From Gemmatales bacterium (GTDB lineage Bacteria; Planctomycetota; Planctomycetia; Gemmatales; HRBIN36), in contig JBEPZY010000003.1 in NCBI GenBank assembly GCA_041640595.1, positions 572,342 to 636,341 of the forward strand: a stretch of 64,000 bases of DNA. The letters are read 5' to 3'. Position numbers and translations under genes: made by a program. Positions within the stretch are counted from its first letter, which is position 1, and each line of letters starts with the position of its first letter. Shown here piece after piece: positions 21,889 to 32,566 of the stretch. The notes under the pieces were generated by a model, which saw nothing but the letters and a program-made list of their open reading frames with translations, made no database searches and was not told where the DNA came from.

Positions 21889-22042
21889 CGGAGTGGACTC
21901 CCTAAGTGCCGGTTGGCATTCATCCCTGGGCCATCGGCAGTGGATCGCATGAAGTCAGACGCGGATGGCCGGGGTGGACGTCGGGCTAGCCTGTCCGCGT
22001 GAGCGAGACGCCAGCCGCCAGAAAAATCGCGGGCCGACAGCC

Positions 22043-22681
22043 TCAGCGCGAGCTGCTACCGCCCGCTGTGCTGGTGGAAGTAGTGGTCGTGGCAGTGCCT
22101 GCACCGCCGGCACCGGTACCGCTCCCGGTGAAGCTGGTAAAGACGGCCTGCCCGGTGGCACCGCGATGCATCGAGCGGACAATCTGCTCGGCTTCCCGAC
22201 CATGCGTGCGAACCTCAGGCGGATCGTGGACAGCCACCTGAAATGCCACCTCCGGCCGAATCGTTCGCAGATAGGCCTGCACTGCCTCGACTCGTTTGCG
22301 ATCGAGTTCGGCACGCTGGCTGGCCCATTCTTGTTCCTTGCCTCGTTGCAGTGGCAGATCGTGAGCGGTTTGCACGAAGACATACGGGACAGGTTCCGGT
22401 TGCCGGCGTGCGAGTCGGCTCAGGTGAGCCATGCCCGCGGGAGTTAATTCATCGGAGCCGGCCCGAAAATGGCTGACCCAGACCGTTTGTTCCAGGGCTA
22501 GTCCATTGCCGGCTTGCCGCAAAAGCGGGGCAGCTACTTCCTGTCGGGCCAGGGCGCTGTAGCGCGGTAATCGGCATGGGTCGGCCAGATCGTTGAAGCA
22601 GTGGTAGCCGCAGTTCACGCAGCCAACCTGGGGCGTGATCAGTGCGGCCAGGCCAAGTCCGAGCCATTCGCGTTTGCCCAT
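22043..22681 (-). CDS. Lipoprotein with OmpA/CpaD-like domain
   Basis: GGAGG RBS, signal peptide ending QVGC, and HFRAGSDELT...RVEAVQAYL OmpA-like pattern. Directly downstream of tadC. Confidence 0.6.
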   Translation of the reverse strand: MGKREWLGLGLAALITPQVGCVNCGYHCFNDLADPCRLPRYSALARQEVAAPLLRQAGNGLALEQTVWVSHFRAGSDELTPAGMAHLSRLARRQPEPVPYVFVQTAHDLPLQRGKEQEWASQRAELDRKRVEAVQAYLRTIRPEVAFQVAVHDPPEVRTHGREAEQIVRSMHRGATGQAVFTSFTGSGTGAGGAGTATTTTSTSTAGGSSSR

Positions 22682-22778
22682 GTGCGACCTCCTTTTCGCC
22701 GGGTTGGGCACAGTGAAAATTTCGCCGGCCATGCATTCTTTTGTTTCGTCGCTAGCCGGGCCAGTTCGGGTATGCCAG

Positions 22779-23747
22779 TTATTTGAGCATGATGTTGTAA
22801 ATCTGAATCGCCGCCGGTCCCACCAGCACCACGAATACTCCCGGAAAGATGAACAGCACCAGCGGGAAAATGAGCTTCACCGCAGTTTTCTGGGCGCGTT
22901 CTTCGGCCAGCTGGCGTCGGCGGACTCGCATAGCGTCGGATTGAACGCGGAGAGCCTGAGCGACGCTGGAGCCGAATCGTTCGGCCTGAATGAGAATGGC
23001 CGCCAGGCTTCGCACGTCATCCACGCCAGTGCGGACACCGAGATCGTGCAGAACATCGCGGCGAGGTCGGCCCACCTGCATCTGGAAATTGCACACGGCC
23101 AGTTCCTCGCAAATCGCAGGCGCCACCGGTTTCATTTCCTCGACAACTCGCCGCATGGCTGCATCCAGACCCAATCCGCTTTCCACACACACCACCAGCA
23201 AATCGAGAACATCGGGCAGCGTCAGGAAAATCTGTTCTTGGCGTTTTTTCACCAGCCACCACAATACCACATCGGGCAGGAATAATCCGACTCCCGCGAA
23301 GATCGCCGCCCATTTAACAACGTCGAGTCCCAATCCGGTGGCCGGCATAAAAATCACCGTCCCCAGCACTCCACCCAGCAGTAACGACAGAAACTTCAAA
23401 CCGATAAAAATGGGAACAGCGCTCTCCTGTCGGAAGCCGGCGTTTGCGAGTTTGAGACGCAGCTTGTTTTGTTCCAGCTCGGATTTGGGCATTAACGGTT
23501 TGGAGAACGCCGCCGCTTTTTCCAGCAATTCCTTGACGCGGAGATTCGGCGTGGAAGTTTTGGAGGAGGGATCCGGTAACTGAATTTCCGCCTGACTGGC
23601 GGCACGACTGAGGCGTGCGAGTCGGTCTTCGACGCGCGATTCGCTACGGCGAGCCAACCACGATAACAGCAGCCACACCGCACACGCCGTGCCAGCAAAC
23701 GCCAGCACCGTCAGCAAATCCTGCGGGTTCACCAGTTCGTTGAGCAT
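22779..23747 (-). CDS. tadC: Tad inner-membrane platform protein TadC
   Basis: LPDVLDLLVVCVESGLGLDAA, and AEERAQKTAVKLIFPL. Confidence 0.9.
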   Translation of the reverse strand: MLNELVNPQDLLTVLAFAGTACAVWLLLSWLARRSESRVEDRLARLSRAASQAEIQLPDPSSKTSTPNLRVKELLEKAAAFSKPLMPKSELEQNKLRLKLANAGFRQESAVPIFIGLKFLSLLLGGVLGTVIFMPATGLGLDVVKWAAIFAGVGLFLPDVVLWWLVKKRQEQIFLTLPDVLDLLVVCVESGLGLDAAMRRVVEEMKPVAPAICEELAVCNFQMQVGRPRRDVLHDLGVRTGVDDVRSLAAILIQAERFGSSVAQALRVQSDAMRVRRRQLAEERAQKTAVKLIFPLVLFIFPGVFVVLVGPAAIQIYNIMLK

Positions 23748-23754
23748 GGCCGCT

Positions 23755-24726
23755 TCACACCTTGATGTTCACGATCTTGCGGATCACCAGCGCCCCAAAT
23801 ATCTGCATCAACAATCCGAACAGGCTCATTTTGATCCCCATTTCCGTTTTCCAGAGCATGGAGATGTAGTCCGGATTCAGATACAGCATGACCAGGAACA
23901 GAACGAACGGCAGAGCGATAAGCACGACGCCACTGAGTCGGCCTTCGCCGGTCAGTGCCTTGACCTGGTTCTGAATGCGATAACGTTCGCGGATGAGGGA
24001 ACTGATTTTGTCGAGGATTTCCGCCAGGTCACCGCCGGTTTGACGCTGAATGACCACGGCGGTGGCGAAAAAGCGCAAATCGAGATTGGGCACGCGGTCG
24101 CATAGGGATTTCAGCGCATCCTCGATGGCAACACCGAGGTTCTGTTCCTCATACACCCGTCCGAATTCGGTGCCGAGAGGCGGCGGCAATTCCTGCGCGA
24201 CCAGGTGAAAACCAGAGGCCAAACTGTGTCCGGCTCGCAACGCCCGAGCGATAAGTTCCAGGGCATCGGGCAGCTGAGCGGCAAATTTTTTCAGGCGCGT
24301 ACGGCGTTTGTTCCATAGCCACAACCATGGTACAGCGAACAATCCCAGACCGACCGCCAGGGACAAAAACAGCGGTGTCCCGACCACGGTCAGGAGCACG
24401 CTACTGCCCAGCCCCAGAGCTACCGCAATACCGAGTAATCGCGCCGGTGGAATGCCACAATCTGCCTGCAGGAAAAGCTTTTCCACACGCGGCATCGCCT
24501 GAATCAGCCGCGTCCACAGGGATTTCTTGTCTTCTTCAAACGGAATTTTCCGCCAGATTTCGATCGGCTCGGAAACCGAGGGTGTGCTGTGTACCGTTTT
24601 GGTCGAGGCGAAGACGGACAGGCGATCTTCTACGGAAGCATTCGGGTTGCGCACCAGATACGCCAGCAGCACGATGGTGCTGCTCACCAGAATAAAAGCA
24701 AGAAAACTGGCCAGCATGGCGTCCAT
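23755..24726 (-). CDS. tadB: Tad inner-membrane platform protein TadB
   Basis: QLPDALELIARALRAGHSL, IQRQTGGDLAEIL and LTGEGRLS. Confidence 0.92.
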   Translation of the reverse strand: MDAMLASFLAFILVSSTIVLLAYLVRNPNASVEDRLSVFASTKTVHSTPSVSEPIEIWRKIPFEEDKKSLWTRLIQAMPRVEKLFLQADCGIPPARLLGIAVALGLGSSVLLTVVGTPLFLSLAVGLGLFAVPWLWLWNKRRTRLKKFAAQLPDALELIARALRAGHSLASGFHLVAQELPPPLGTEFGRVYEEQNLGVAIEDALKSLCDRVPNLDLRFFATAVVIQRQTGGDLAEILDKISSLIRERYRIQNQVKALTGEGRLSGVVLIALPFVLFLVMLYLNPDYISMLWKTEMGIKMSLFGLLMQIFGALVIRKIVNIKV

Positions 24727-24817
24727 TGTTCGCGTCGCTCGTGTTTGCAGATTCCGGGTTGCTCAGCTCAGGAGCCAGGCCTGCGGATGCCTGGCTTTGC
24801 CACAGTCACCAGGCGTT

Positions 24818-26182
24818 TCAGTCGCGTAGCAGGACTCGCTCCTGGAAGAGATTGGCCGGCAATCGGATACCCGCGGCTTCCAGCCGATGCATGAAAGTGG
24901 GGCGCACTCCCGTCGCTTCAAATTGACCGAAAGCCCGGCCGTTCTGGTCAATCCCCAGCTGACGGTAGCGGAAAATGTCCTGCATGATGATGATGTCCTG
25001 TTCCATGCCCACCACTTCGGTGATTGAAGTAACTTTGCGCGGGCCTCCTTGCAGACGGTTGGCCTGAATGATCAAATCCACCGCTGAAGCGATCTGCTGT
25101 CGCATCGCTTTAACGGGTAACTCAAAGCCAGCCATCATGATCATGGTTTCCAGTCGTGCCTGGGCATCGCGCGGACTGTTGGCATGGAGCGTGGTGAGTG
25201 AACCTTCGTGGCCGGTGTTCATGGCTTGCAGCATGTCGAGCGCTTCCGGACCACGGCACTCGCCGATGATGATGCGATCAGGGCGCATGCGCAGAGCGTT
25301 GCGGACCAGGTCGCGCGTGGTCACCTCGCCTTTGCCTTCGATGTTGGGCGGTCGTGTCTCCAGACGGACGACGTGCTCCTGTTGCAATTGCAATTCCGCA
25401 GCGTCCTCGATGGTGATGATGCGTTCCTCGGCGGGGATGAAACTGGAGAGCGTGTTCAGCAAAGTCGTTTTACCGCAGCCGGTACCACCGCTGATGATGA
25501 TGTTGAGCCGGGCCTTGATCGCCGCTTCCATGAGCATGGCCATTTCCGGCGTGAAAGCTTTGAGATTGAGCAGGTCTTCGAGTTTGAGCGGATTGGAACC
25601 GAATCGGCGAATGCTCAGGCAAGGCCCATCGAGAGCCAGAGGCGGAATGATGGCGTTGATGCGGGAACCATCGGGCAAACGAGCGTCCACCATCGGCGAG
25701 GTTTCATCAATCCGCCGACCGACTTTCGACACCATGCGGTCAATGATCTGCATCAGGTGCTTGTTATCCCGGAATTTGACATCGGTTTTCTCCAGTTTTC
25801 CTCGCCGCTCCACGTACACCTTGTACGGGCCGTTGACGAGAATATCGCTGACGGTCGGGTCTTTCAGGAGCACTTCGAGCGGGCCGAAACCGAACGTTTC
25901 GTCCAGCACCTCGTCAATGAGGCGTTCCCGTTCCATGCGGTTCAGGAGCGGGTTTTCCGTGTCGCAGAGGCGTTCGACAACGAGACGGATTTCCCGCCGC
26001 AACACATCGCCGGCCAGGTCGGAAACCCGCGACAGGTCGAGCTTCTCGACCAGCTTGCTGTGAATGAGTCGCTTCAGTTCTTCGAAACTTTTCTGCGCAT
26101 CCCGCGGATTGGCCGCAGGCGTGGTCACGGGTCGGCTCGGCGTTTGTGTCGCCGGAGTATTACCGCGAATCAGTGGGGGCAT
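24818..26182 (-). CDS. tadA: Tad pilus assembly ATPase CpaF/TadA
   Basis: [30 protein letters not shown] and AMNTGHEGS. Confidence 0.95.
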   Translation of the reverse strand: MPPLIRGNTPATQTPSRPVTTPAANPRDAQKSFEELKRLIHSKLVEKLDLSRVSDLAGDVLRREIRLVVERLCDTENPLLNRMERERLIDEVLDETFGFGPLEVLLKDPTVSDILVNGPYKVYVERRGKLEKTDVKFRDNKHLMQIIDRMVSKVGRRIDETSPMVDARLPDGSRINAIIPPLALDGPCLSIRRFGSNPLKLEDLLNLKAFTPEMAMLMEAAIKARLNIIISGGTGCGKTTLLNTLSSFIPAEERIITIEDAAELQLQQEHVVRLETRPPNIEGKGEVTTRDLVRNALRMRPDRIIIGECRGPEALDMLQAMNTGHEGSLTTLHANSPRDAQARLETMIMMAGFELPVKAMRQQIASAVDLIIQANRLQGGPRKVTSITEVVGMEQDIIIMQDIFRYRQLGIDQNGRAFGQFEATGVRPTFMHRLEAAGIRLPANLFQERVLLRD

Positions 26183-26500
26183 GGGTGCTTGCTCCTGCGT
26201 TGGCTGGGGAGATCGGCTCGAACGGTGAATAGGATTGACGGCCAGGTTATCGCCCTGCCGCGCTTAGGCGGTAAAGGTTTCCCGTCTGGTGCTGGTTCCT
26301 GCTCCTGGCGGCTGGGAACTTGTCCGCTGCGATTCCTTGAAAAAGTGAGGGATCACCCTTCCGTCGCAGGACAGCTGAGCAGGGGCACATGGCGAAAGCT
26401 TCCAGGCGAGGTATGCCGAATCGCTCACGGGCAAGCCCACTGCTTCAGCGTTTCCGCCTTCCCTGGTCGAACCATCTCCGCGGTATCCCAACCGCTGCGG

Positions 26501-27712
26501 TCAGGAGAAGAGGGAGAATCCTTTGCGTGCTTTCTTGACGGTGGCAGCTTCCGGAGAGACCGGTTCGCCGCACAAAGCGCGTGCCAGGTCCTGAATGCTT
26601 TGCCAGACTTTGGAACGCGGTGCCTGCTGCAATAGAGGCACACCGAGATTGCGGGAGGCCAGCATCGCCTTCGCGTCGTTGGGAATCTGCCAGAAGATGG
26701 GGCGGCCCAGAGTTTCCTCGGCTTTTTTCACCGTGATTTCCTGATGATCGGCACCCACGCGGTTGAGGATCACCTGCACCCGCTGGTCCAGCCCATCCAG
26801 ACTTTGCAGGGACATCAGCAGCCGCACCGCGTTCCGCAAAGCTGTCAGTTCCAGTTGCGTGATCAGCAGGATGACATCGGCCTGACGCAGGGCAGCTAGG
26901 TCGGTCTGGCGGTATCCTTTGCTGAGGTCGCAAATCACATGAGTGAACGCCGCCCGCAAAAGGCCGAGCACACGATTGATTTGTTCTTCCTGGATCGCCG
27001 CCGCGTCTTCGAGTTGCACCGGATGCGGTAATAACGACAAACCAGTGCTATGCCGGATCAACGATCGCCTGAGCAAAGTCATGTCCAGTCGTTCCACGCT
27101 CAAGGCGATATCTGCCAGCGTGTAGCTGGGAATCAGGTCGAGGGTAACGTCGGCGTCGCCCAGGGCGAGATCCAGGTCCACGAAGACCACGTTGTGCTGC
27201 GGATTCTGGGCCAGCGCCACACCGAGATTGATGCCGATGCTGGTACAACCGATACCCCCCCGCGAGCCGATGAGCGCGATCACCCGCGAACTCGAAGCGT
27301 GGGACACTCCGTTGTTTTCCGCAGGAAGCAGCTGCTGCCTTACTCGTTGCAACGCCGCTACCAGTTCATCCATCGCCACGGGCAGGGTAAGAAATTCTCT
27401 GGCACCGCTGCGGAGGGTCTGAAGGATGAACGGCCCATCGGTGCGTGAACTGGCGGCGAGAATCCCCAGTTGTGGAAATTCCTGAGCCAGTTGCTGAATC
27501 AGAGACAGGGCCACCTGGGGATTGCTATCCATAGCCACCAGAGCGATGTCCGGCTGGGATTGCCGAACTACATCTGCAAAAAACTCGTAGCGGGCGCACT
27601 CCGCTTCCAGCCAGACCGTGTCCAGCCCCAGCAGGCTATCCCGCAAGGCATCGCGGGTTTGGTCGCAGGGATCTACTAGCGCCAGGCGGACCCAATCAGT
27701 TGGCGTATTCAT
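26501..27712 (-). CDS. cpaE: CpaE/TadZ receiver plus MinD-like ATPase
   Basis: N-terminal atypical receiver (LRSGAREFL), deviant Walker A GSRGGIGCTS, VDLDL. Confidence 0.88.
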   Translation of the reverse strand: MNTPTDWVRLALVDPCDQTRDALRDSLLGLDTVWLEAECARYEFFADVVRQSQPDIALVAMDSNPQVALSLIQQLAQEFPQLGILAASSRTDGPFILQTLRSGAREFLTLPVAMDELVAALQRVRQQLLPAENNGVSHASSSRVIALIGSRGGIGCTSIGINLGVALAQNPQHNVVFVDLDLALGDADVTLDLIPSYTLADIALSVERLDMTLLRRSLIRHSTGLSLLPHPVQLEDAAAIQEEQINRVLGLLRAAFTHVICDLSKGYRQTDLAALRQADVILLITQLELTALRNAVRLLMSLQSLDGLDQRVQVILNRVGADHQEITVKKAEETLGRPIFWQIPNDAKAMLASRNLGVPLLQQAPRSKVWQSIQDLARALCGEPVSPEAATVKKARKGFSLFS

Positions 27713-27765
27713 GTCTGTGCACCGTTGGCCATCGCGCAAGCGCGTGGGCAAGTGACACGGAGCTG

Positions 27766-29613
27766 TCAATCTTCGCGCAAAGGACGATAAAGTGGCCGGG
27801 GAGTTGGTCGGCCAAGAGTAGCTCGCGGCGGTCCCGTAACGGTTGGCTCGACCACTACCGTCTCCGCTACCGCCGGCGGTGGAGACGACTGTTCGCGTGG
27901 TTCCTGTTCCGTTCCGGTTGCGGTCATGGTTGGGAATGAGCTCACTGATGGCTCGACCGGCCGGGTATCCGTTTGAGGAGGCTTGTTCACCGGCGGTGGA
28001 CTTTCCGGTAGCTGCTGCACCGCCGGTGCTTGCGATCCCTTCATTCGCGGCTGTCCCGGAGAGGTTTTCAAAGGCAGCGTGCCGGTCGGGCGATTCTTCT
28101 CGCTGCTCATGGGTTGCGGCGGAGGCAAGACAGACTCGGCAGGAGAGCTCATCTCGGCCTCGGCCAGCCCGGGAGTAAAATGCCAGTGGGCTGGACGATA
28201 GCAGCCATCTGGCTTGAGCGACCGCGGTCCCGGCGGCGCTTCGAGGATGCCTTCCAAGAATAGCTCAAAATCCGTAGGTCGGCGTGTTTCCTGACCAGGA
28301 AAACAAGTTGGCCTTTGGTGCGGCCACAATCCATCTACCAGCCGCGGCGTGACCAGAATGATCAGCTCCTGCTCGCGTTCCTCGTACTGCACCCGACGGA
28401 AAGCCGTTCCGACAAACGGCAAGTCGCCGAGCACCGGGACCTTGTTCGTCGCCGCATCCACTTCCGACTGGATCAGTCCGCCGAGCACCAGACTCTGGCC
28501 GCTTTCCAAATCTACCGCAGCTTCCGCCTCCTGTGTCAGGAAACGAGGCACAACCGTACCCGAAATCAGAACCGGCTGGCTGAAATCGAGTCGGCTGACT
28601 TCCGCACGCACTTGGATGCGAATCCGCCCGTCGCCCAGCACTACCGGCAAGAATTGCACAATGGTACCAAATCGGCGAAACTCGACCCCTGGTGCCTGGC
28701 CAAGCGCGGCTGGCGTCGGATAAGGTTGTTCCCCGCCCACGGTGATACGGGCCGGACGACCACTCCGCGCCACGATCACCGGACTGGACAAAATTTTCGC
28801 CAGACCCTCGCGCCGTAACGCTTCCACAAAGCCCAGAAATGCCGAACTGGCATCGGTAACGCCGTACAGGAAATTCGTCGCTGCGTCGAAGATCGGCCGA
28901 TCGGTAGCGAACGTGCTGACACCACCTCGCAGGTTGATCGTCTGCGGATTGATCAGCGAGCCAATCGTGCTACCGAAATAGTCAGCGCGGTCCGACCAGA
29001 GGAAGTTGAACCCGAATCGGCGCAGTTCCGTGCGGTCCACCTTCGCCACGATCACTTCCAGTTGCACCTGGTTGGGACCGGTGATCCGCAGGTTGTTGGC
29101 TACCCGACCCGTGCCGGCATAACCCTCGAGGAAACGCATGAGCGGCTCAATGTCTTCTGCCGATTCCACGGTGCCGCCTACGATCAGGGTTCGATCGGGT
29201 CCCTGCGTGATTTCCAGATTGGCACGGGGGAACTGTTTGGCGACAGCACTGCGGATGAACTGCAAATCCGGTTCGACGGCCACCACTAGTGTGGTTACCT
29301 GGTCTTTTTCATCGGTAAGCGTGATGCGTGTACTGCCTACGCCTATGCCAACCACCTGCAAAACATGCGGTTTATTCTGCACGGGCCGCAGTTCCACGAT
29401 ACCGTCGCGGGAAGTGGCCGCCTCTTTGATTCGTAAGCCACTCCGTGCCCAAATGTAGATGGTCTCCCCGATAGTGAGCGTCTCGTCAGGGCCGCTTCCC
29501 CGAGCGGCAGGTGTGGCTGGAGGTTGAGCGGTAGCCAAAGCGGTCACCATCAGGGCCGCCAGTCCCGCCACCGCCACCATGCCGACATGTTTCCTGAACA
29601 ACTTCGGGCGCAT
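27766..29613 (-). CDS. cpaC: Tad secretin CpaC/RcpA
   Basis: Signal peptide, QVQLEVIVAKVDR, KVPVLGDLPFVGTAFR and ELIILVTPRLV secretin motifs. Pro-rich tail. Confidence 0.92.
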   Translation of the reverse strand: MRPKLFRKHVGMVAVAGLAALMVTALATAQPPATPAARGSGPDETLTIGETIYIWARSGLRIKEAATSRDGIVELRPVQNKPHVLQVVGIGVGSTRITLTDEKDQVTTLVVAVEPDLQFIRSAVAKQFPRANLEITQGPDRTLIVGGTVESAEDIEPLMRFLEGYAGTGRVANNLRITGPNQVQLEVIVAKVDRTELRRFGFNFLWSDRADYFGSTIGSLINPQTINLRGGVSTFATDRPIFDAATNFLYGVTDASSAFLGFVEALRREGLAKILSSPVIVARSGRPARITVGGEQPYPTPAALGQAPGVEFRRFGTIVQFLPVVLGDGRIRIQVRAEVSRLDFSQPVLISGTVVPRFLTQEAEAAVDLESGQSLVLGGLIQSEVDAATNKVPVLGDLPFVGTAFRRVQYEEREQELIILVTPRLVDGLWPHQRPTCFPGQETRRPTDFELFLEGILEAPPGPRSLKPDGCYRPAHWHFTPGLAEAEMSSPAESVLPPPQPMSSEKNRPTGTLPLKTSPGQPRMKGSQAPAVQQLPESPPPVNKPPQTDTRPVEPSVSSFPTMTATGTEQEPREQSSPPPAVAETVVVEPTVTGPPRATLGRPTPRPLYRPLRED

Positions 29614-29742
29614 CCATTCACCTCGCTTGTTGACAAGGAATTGCGGCGTAAATCGGGGCCACCAGAGCCAGCATGCGGCCGCGGGCAATGGTTACGGCAC
29701 CGGTGCGCATGGGCTTTTGATCCGGCGCTGACCCAGGCCAGC

Positions 29743-30612
29743 TCATGGAGCATCTTCGGCGTCGTATTCGTAAACACGTACCTGTCCGTTGTTGATGATG
29801 GTTTGCTTGAAGCGCTGGCGGACACTCGGTTGCGGCGCCGAAGCAGGCAAGCTGGCTACCGCTGGTCGGGTTTCCGCAGGAGCTTCCGTAGCCAGTCCGG
29901 CCAGGCGTTTGTGCCAGCTCGGCGAGGCCCCACTCGTTTTCACCTCCTGTGCGTCGTCCGGTCGCCTCACCACCAGCCGCAAGCTGCCGGTGTCCGCATA
30001 AACGCTCAAAATCTCCGCCTGTTCCAGCGTCACCCGCAACGTAACCCGATCATACGTCTTGGCGATGGTGCCTTCGGGAATCTGCGGTTGCTGGTCAATC
30101 GCCAGGACTTCGATGTTCTGCAAAATGGTGTGGGCATACGGTTGATTTCCCTCTCCTCGCATCTGCGTCGCCACCACATCCACCCGTGAACCGGGCAGAA
30201 TGAATCCGCCCGCGGCACTATCCAGCGTAACTTTGACGGTCATCAGACGTTCGCCTTCACGGAGTTTGGCAACCAGCGGCTCCTGTCCCGGCGGCAACAG
30301 ATCCTTTTCGGTGAGCACCTTCCCCGCCTCGATAGCCGCACGTAAGGTCCGACCGCGAGCTTTGCGAATATCGCCAATCGCGTCAGCGGGCACTTCACCT
30401 TTGGGGTAAGTCTTCAGCTCAAACCACTGTTTGGGGTCGTCGAGAGTGGTGTAACCGGGCACCCGCTGGGTTGCCACCAGCACGGTAACGTTTTCCTCCA
30501 CCGGGGCCGGTTCCGCCTGGCGACCGAAGTATTTGCTCGTCGCCACGCTGGCGACCAGTCCAGCCAGCACTGCTAATGCCACGGTCAGAATCATTTTGGG
30601 CTTGATTCTCAT
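29743..30612 (-). CDS. cpaB: Flp pilus assembly protein CpaB/RcpC
   Basis: SAF-like domain, GFILPGSRVDV and ILQNIEVLAIDQ. Confidence 0.9.
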   Translation of the reverse strand: MRIKPKMILTVALAVLAGLVASVATSKYFGRQAEPAPVEENVTVLVATQRVPGYTTLDDPKQWFELKTYPKGEVPADAIGDIRKARGRTLRAAIEAGKVLTEKDLLPPGQEPLVAKLREGERLMTVKVTLDSAAGGFILPGSRVDVVATQMRGEGNQPYAHTILQNIEVLAIDQQPQIPEGTIAKTYDRVTLRVTLEQAEILSVYADTGSLRLVVRRPDDAQEVKTSGASPSWHKRLAGLATEAPAETRPAVASLPASAPQPSVRQRFKQTIINNGQVRVYEYDAEDAP

Positions 30613-30879
30613 GAGTCCGCCTCGTTTCCAGGGAGCTGGTCCAAGATGCACCGAGGGGATTACCTATCGCGCGGGGCAGGGTTCATTCCGACCGGACAGG
30701 GCTGGATTTACCCCTGGTCAGACCCTGCCCGATTTGTGCTTCGGCGAAAATCTAGCGAAGACTTGAGATTTTCCGGTTCTGAGGAAAAAATCGAATTTGC
30801 CGGAGTTACCAGGTTTGCGTCGGTTTTGGCGGCCCCGCTGCTATGAAGCGGAGCACCTGCACGGCATGATGCTGGCAAT

Positions 30880-31461
30880 TCACAAGGACAGGCCACGCCA
30901 CGCCAGGTAGCCAAGAAAGCCCAGACACAGCGGCAGGCCGTAAGGAAGCAACACCATTCGCCGTTTGCGCTCCGCCGCCCGTTGGGTGATTTGCTGCCAG
31001 TTCGCAGCCTGTCCCAGGTCGCTGAGAATGTCGCGGGTGTTTTGCCGGTATTCCCGCCAGCGACCGTGCCAGAACATCATGGCAATGGCCAGCACGCCCC
31101 CGATCACCGCCGCCAGGCAGAACCCGTACAGCACGATCCAGAATCCCTCCGTCCAGCCATACAGGGCCCCGATCCAGGCACCGAATCCCATTTGCATTTT
31201 CACATCGCCCGCGCCCATGCCGCCGATGGCGTAAACTGGCCAGAGCAACACAAAGCCGAAGACCAGCAGCGCCAGGCTCGCTCCCAATCCCGACCAGCCG
31301 TGCCACCATCCTGCCAGACCCAAACCGCTCAACATCATGCCGAAGGTCAGCCAGTTGGGCACTTTGAGCTTCCAGCAGTCAATGACCGCGCCGGTTATCA
31401 GCAGGGCGCTGAGTAAAGCCAGGGGCCAGCTTTCGTAGAAAACGTTCACCCAGTCGGTCAT
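30880..31461 (-). CDS. cpaA: Prepilin peptidase CpaA/TadV (A24)
   Basis: IDCWKLKVPNWLT, GGMGAGDVKM and LPYGLPL. Confidence 0.9.
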   Translation of the reverse strand: MTDWVNVFYESWPLALLSALLITGAVIDCWKLKVPNWLTFGMMLSGLGLAGWWHGWSGLGASLALLVFGFVLLWPVYAIGGMGAGDVKMQMGFGAWIGALYGWTEGFWIVLYGFCLAAVIGGVLAIAMMFWHGRWREYRQNTRDILSDLGQAANWQQITQRAAERKRRMVLLPYGLPLCLGFLGYLAWRGLSL

Positions 31462-31728
31462 GGAATGGCTCCCGAAGTGCCAGGTTGCTTTACCGTGAAG
31501 ATTAGAAAAAAGCACCGATTGCAGACCGGGCAGCATCACTCGCGGAATTGGCCTCGTCGCTGACAATGTGCGCTACCGTGCACTCGCCGCAGCAACAGCC
31601 CGCAAGGGTTTCGCAGGCCGGGCTTGCATTGACCCGACCTGACGAAACCCCAACAGGTCGCTGAATCACGTGAGCCAGCGTTTCGGCACAGGGCCAGGTC
31701 AGCTCCAATGGACACGCCTGCCCGGACG

Positions 31729-31911
31729 CTACTGGGCGTTCTGGATGGTGTCGCTGACCAGCTGGAATTTGCCCTTAGCACTCTGGCCGAGGCTGGTAAT
31801 GGCCGCGATGCAGACCACAATGATCAGGGCCAGCATCACCGCGTACTCGACGGCGGTCGGGCCATCTTCGCTTTGCACGAAGCGTTTCACCGCATGCAGC
31901 ACAGACCTCAT
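31729..31911 (-). CDS. flp: Flp type IVb pilin
   Basis: 60 aa with EDG/PTAVEYAVMLALI Flp motif. GGAGG RBS. Confidence 0.92.
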   Translation of the reverse strand: MRSVLHAVKRFVQSEDGPTAVEYAVMLALIIVVCIAAITSLGQSAKGKFQLVSDTIQNAQ

Positions 31912-31982
31912 GGCAGTACCCTCCAGTTGATGGGTGCCCAGACTCATCTTTTCCCGGCAGACCGTCTGCCAGGCTCGATCGC

Positions 31983-32198
31983 TCACGGTGAAGGAGAAGG
32001 CGAGGGAGCGGGAGACGGCGGACCAAATCCGCCTTCGCTAATCACTCGCTGGAATCCCGAAAGAGTGGGATTGCCGATACTGGCAATGGCACTGAAGCAG
32101 ACCAGAATGATGAGCGCCAGCAGAATGGCGTACTCGATACTGGTTGTCCCATCTTCAGTTGACCGCCACTTCCGTAAGCAGCGGACGAGTCGCGCCAT
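31983..32198 (-). CDS. Second Flp-family pilin with Pro/Ser tail
   Basis: EDG/TTSIEYAILLALI motif. Ends GPPSPAPSPSPSP. Confidence 0.85.
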   Translation of the reverse strand: MARLVRCLRKWRSTEDGTTSIEYAILLALIILVCFSAIASIGNPTLSGFQRVISEGGFGPPSPAPSPSPSP

Positions 32199-32566
32199 GC
32201 CAGGTTGCCTTTCGTGAATTGGACGGTTTTGTCGAGGCGATCCATTACGGGGAGTTTGGCGGTCAGCGGGGAGAAACTGCCCTTCCTGGTGCGAGGGGAG
32301 ACAAACAACCGATAACCCGAAGCCTTCCAGCCACCGACTTTGTGGCCGGTGGTCCTGACGCCTCTGAGGGGATTTTTGTCTGGTCGAAAATTTTTGTCAC
32401 CGATGCGGTTGGCGTCTGCTCGCTCGTCGGAAAGTTAGCTTACGTTTACACGCCTGTCAAATTCGGAAAACTCATTTTTATCGCGGTCTTTGTTCGGCTG
32501 GGAATATTGCAACTGAACCGGGAATTTCCCACAATGATTGCAACCGGTATCACAGGAGGAATGGTT

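Noticed and set aside
25068..26635. 331-aa and 475-aa plus-strand ORFs
   Set aside because: Antisense shadows of tadA/cpaF.
32200..32560. c-di-GMP riboswitch upstream of the flp pilins
   Set aside because: Looked for because such switches often precede pilus genes, but no GEMM-like consensus was found by eye.
32144..32566. Long N-terminal extensions in the ORF track (nitrilase from 32144; also sulfatase to 47465 and tsaB from 33452)
   Set aside because: Downstream starts have better RBS or translational coupling and match the family N-termini. The extensions overlap neighbouring genes.
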